DNA of 64,000 nucleotides from Amphiscolops sp. MND2022 (Eukaryota). Positions 60,278 to 64,000 of this stretch are shown piece by piece. The DNA is taken from positions 51,648,001 through 51,712,000 of the forward strand of contig OZ076409.1 in NCBI GenBank assembly GCA_964187785.1, written 5' to 3'. Under the pieces are notes generated by a model that saw only the letters and a list, made by a program, of their open reading frames with translations, had not been told where the DNA came from and did not search any database. The number at the start of each line of letters is the position of its first letter. The stretch's first letter is position 1. The translations under genes were made by a program, and so were the position numbers.

Positions 60278-63200
60278 ATGTCGTCTCGCCGAGTTGAATC
60301 TGGTTTCCAGAGTGGCCACGAGACTCAATTTGTCTTCTCTGAAGGAGATATTCATGAGAGCGATGCGGATCTCGATCGTCGACCAGCCCTTGGTAGGATT
60401 TTTATTCCCGCTTTCCATTAAGCTTTTGCGAAATATACTTTTGATAGTTAGGCCTTTTCTATTTTGTACTTTCGCAGCTTAGATTTTCTGACGCGTCGAA
60501 TTTGGGAATGTTGTTTCAGGGACTGTTCTGCCTGGTTCTCTTGTCGAGGATCCTGCAATCTCTCCCGGGGTTCCTTTGCCCGGCGATCTCTCCACAGTAG
60601 TGCCTGCGTCTTTCTCTGTTCCTGCCGCTCCTGCTGGTACTGGCGATTCCTCCATCACTTGTCAGGATGATCTTGATGTCCCGTTGTCGAAGCTGCTTTC
60701 CCGGTCTGAACTCCCTCATGTAGGTGAGGGTGATCCCCTCGCCAAGGAGAGGAAGGAGACTGCTGGGCAGACTTCGGAGTCTGCGTTACACAAGACGCCT
60801 TCGCCACGGTTTTCGTCATTCCTCGGTGGTTTCAGGGATGGACGAGAGCTTCAAACGGGGGGTCCAGGAATTGGACATGGTTAGTGACTGTTACGTGGCT
60901 TTCTTTCCTCTTTTCCTTCTCTTTTTTTTCATCTGGGTGTTGCTAGGTTTGTTGTGTATTTGCAGTCGTGTAAATTGGGTAATTTGTATAGGGTCTACAT
61001 CAGTTTGTGAGGAGGAGCCTGTTGTGCAGAGCTCGTCGCGGTGTCTGCGCTCCCAAAGTCGCAGTGAGGTCCTCGCTTCCAAGGGTACCCGTCGAGTTCT
61101 ACGATTTGAGCTTGACAGTGACGGTGACGTTACTGATGCGCCAGCATTGCCTTGTACCCCCCAGCAGGCAGTGCGTCTGGGAGAGATGTTGGCTTCGGAA
61201 TTGGAGCATCGAACAATGGAACCTCTTGTCACCCGTTAGTTTGTTTGTTCATCATTTCATTATCATTTTTTGTTGTGTTTTTTTTCTTTTTTCTTTTTTT
61301 TTTTGAAGAGCTTGGAGTTTTTGGTGGTGTTCGTCTGGTATTCAAGTGCTCTTTGTTGTTACACTATAGTTGTCTGGTGTTTCTAGGGTTCCAGGAACTT
61401 GTGGCTCGAGTGGAGACGAGTTTGGAAGGCACTCTGAGGCCTCAACGCCAGCGTAGGCGAGTGTATAGTCCACGCAACCGTCTTCGCCGAGATATGATTG
61501 GTGACAATCCGATCTATCAGTTGTTCGTCAGCGGCTCGAGCACTGGATCAGACAAGCTGTTCTTTTGTAAGATTTGTCATCGGGACGTGTCTATGGAGTC
61601 GCGTGGGGCGTCAGAGTTTGCCCGACATTTCTTTGGGAAGCGACATTGGCAATTGGACGTGACGTACCGAGTGCAGCACGATCTCCCAATTTTCAATCGT
61701 CTGATGGACCCAATGGAGCTGAGTGATGCTCAGGTGTCGGATTATATGAGTCGCCCGAGCAAAGGTCTGGCAGAAGGTTTTAGTTTCCCCAAGGATCTTC
61801 TTCCTGCCTGTACCCGTGTGGACTCATCCGTTCCCTTGATGACAATGATCAATAGTGTGCTAGAGCTGTTCCGCTGTGGGGGGAGCTACACACTGTTGAG
61901 GAAGTTGTGGGGGAGCTTCCGAGCTACTCTGGGCCCTGAAGAACCTCTGTTCAGTTTGAAATGGGATCGAGCTGAAACTTTGGTAAGATGTCTTATATTC
62001 TGTAACATCATATATAGTTTATTTGTATTTGAACGTGTGGTTCTTTGATTGTAGGATTTGTCGTCGATTCCTTGGTTTTGGAGGTCTTGTTTCGTTTTAG
62101 TCGTTAATCTGCCAAGCTCTGTTTCCCCGAGTATTGCGGTCACTCGTGTCATGGATCTCGTCTTTCCGAGAGTATAGTGTCTTCTTCGTCGACACAGCTA
62201 CAACGCAGGAGTGTTTTGTCCATACCTGGGATGACAATGCGCTATTCTCTGTTTGCATTCGCGTGGAGCCTGCTGGTCAGCGTGTACCCGTGAGTGAGTT
62301 GGCTGGGCTATCCCGTATCATGGACAGTGTGCCTTCATGTCAGTTGCCTCTGTCGTGTCAGGGTGGTAGTGTGTCATTATTGCGTGTCCTGAACGACAAC
62401 CGCATCGATGGGCGACAGTTTTTGTATTGCCAAGAATTTACAGATGACAGTTTCCTGCGGGGGTATCGTCTAGCAGAGCAGGAGATCTTCGGAAGGCTTG
62501 ATGTTGCCTCTGTGATCGACTTTGTGACGTTGCGCTTGCGGGGTGCGCTTCAAGAGGCATGGATGGAGGGAACGCCTGCTCTACGACGTTGTGTGCTGTC
62601 TGGTCACGTTGCTTTTGCTGATTTGTGTTCAGTAGCATCAGAACTTGTGGCTAATTGGAAGATTGTGCGTGAGTTCGTACGATTCACGGGTCCCGGTCAT
62701 GCCAGATGTGAAGTCGATAAGGTGAGTTCCACGTGATTTGTTATAGTTAGGGCAAGAGGGGTGGAAATCGTACTCTTTGCAATTTGTCATGTTGTTTCGA
62801 ATAATAGGGAAGGGAGGGGGTGTCCTATATTAAATATTATCATACAGTTGGGGTTTTGTTTCGTTGCAGATGCGAGGATTGGATTGGCTGATTAGCAGTG
62901 ACACCACGATCGTCTTGCGTCTTGGACTACTTTGCCACGTCCTTGATCTCTGTAAGTTTTTGTCGTCTTTCGTGAGGCAGTTGTTATAGTGTTGTTTTGA
63001 TGCTTATAGTTGCTCCTAGTCACCAAGACTTCATTATAGTGTTTGGTAGGGGGTTGTTCTGATATGGTGTTGGGTTTTAGATGCAGTTTCCTTCAAAAAG
63101 CGACGTGTCGGACGTGCTGACTATGGTTTCCACTACTACATGGAGTTGAGTCAGTTCATCTATGGGTTGTTATCCCGTAGTCGTAAGAGTGTGTCACTGC

Positions 63201-64000
63201 CTTCATTGAACTCGTGGGATGACTACATGGACTCTTCGAAGCTTGCTGCCTTGGAGAAAATATCTGCCGACGATTTCCTCGCAAATTACGAGTTTGGGGC
63301 GACTTTGCGTGATTTCAAAGGTGGTGAGTCGCGTGAGTTTCGTCGTCAGTGTCCCAATTTTATTGACCGCTTTGTGGATGCTATTTTTACCCGATGTCCT
63401 GTAGCCGCAGATCTTTTGCGTTATGCCTATTGTTTCTGTCCCGAGTTGTTGCTGGAAGGCGGGGATGAATATATCTTTGGCCTGTTCAATGACCTCGTCG
63501 CGTTATTGGGACGATGCAAGGTGATGAGCGATGCTGAAGTTAGTGGTGCCACAGAAGAGTTTTTGTCGTTCGTAGTGGATGTTCGTTCTCGGCATAGTAG
63601 TGGTGACCAGATTGCTGAAGATATCCCCGATGTAGTTTCGTTTTTGTTGGCTGATTACAGTTTCCTGGCCCGCAAAAATTTGTGTCGAGCATTTAAGTTA
63701 TGCTGCCTGGTTATTCTGAGACCACAAAAGAGTTTCCCTGCTGTTGACATCGATTTATCCAATTGTGCCGTGCCTGAGCCTGTGGTGTCGTCTTGTGTCC
63801 GCGGTGTACAGAGCTGTGTGTTGTCGGCAAATTACAGTCAGAAATCGTTTTATACGAAGCATACCATGGAATCGATCCGCGATGCTATTGTCAATTCACG
63901 TGCTTTTATGTCTCGGGTTGATTTTGATCCATGGGAGAGAATTTGCAGTGGTGGGCATGGCGGCTTTGTAAATCGATATACTGCATTGTTCAAAGCTTAT
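60278..64000 (+). CDS. Antisense 7-exon cargo gene of copy C, intact up to the window edge; exons 60278-60392, 60520-60879, 60992-61234, 61387-61982, 62101-62721, 62870-62951, 63081->64000
   Basis: Manual splicing at GT-AG sites gives one open frame with no stop. Zinc finger CKICHRDVSMESRGASEFARHFFGKRH. Exon 4 (596 nt) and exon 6 (82 nt) are the same length as in copy B. Confidence 0.9.

Larger units (their letters stand above)
56599..64000 (-). mobile_element. Gypsy copy C (diverged subfamily): 3' LTR, ORF3 and antisense gene; the rest lies outside the window
   Basis: Same architecture as 34.9-42.4 kb of copy B, in reverse orientation. Confidence 0.92.

Overview
Eukaryotic, AT-rich DNA, probably invertebrate, made almost entirely of nested transposable elements. 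I see no prokaryotic features, rRNA/tRNA genes or CRISPR arrays. The dominant component is a Ty3/Gypsy LTR-retrotransposon family with ~2.4-2.5 kb LTRs. It occurs as a decayed copy A (- strand, ~3715-21557), a structurally complete copy B (+ strand, 24376-42444, TSD TGGAC) and a diverged copy C (- strand, 56599 to beyond the window end). Related pieces are a pol-less derivative D (16864-21394, TSD GATTC), a solo LTR E (24697-26594, TSD CTAAA) and a gag fragment (~51 kb). The main finding is a two-gene cargo module between pol and the 3' LTR, conserved in B and C. The first gene is antisense and has 7 exons (~1100 aa); its six GT-AG introns match in position and phase between the copies, and its product looks like a catalytically degenerate hAT-like DNA transposase. 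The second is a sense ~250-aa acidic ORF with SUMO-interacting-motif-like segments whose C-terminus is encoded by the LTR. The two are separated by a CRE/CCAAT-rich divergent promoter region. The family also encodes the first ~130 Gag codons inside the LTR and has no obvious polypurine tract. Other content: two degenerate LINEs, an old BEL/Pao element, a young non-autonomous BEL derivative with an intact 791-aa ORF, a DINE-1/HINE-like insert and one orphan ORF with predicted membrane segments. Family assignments rest on motif recognition by eye; no database search was run.
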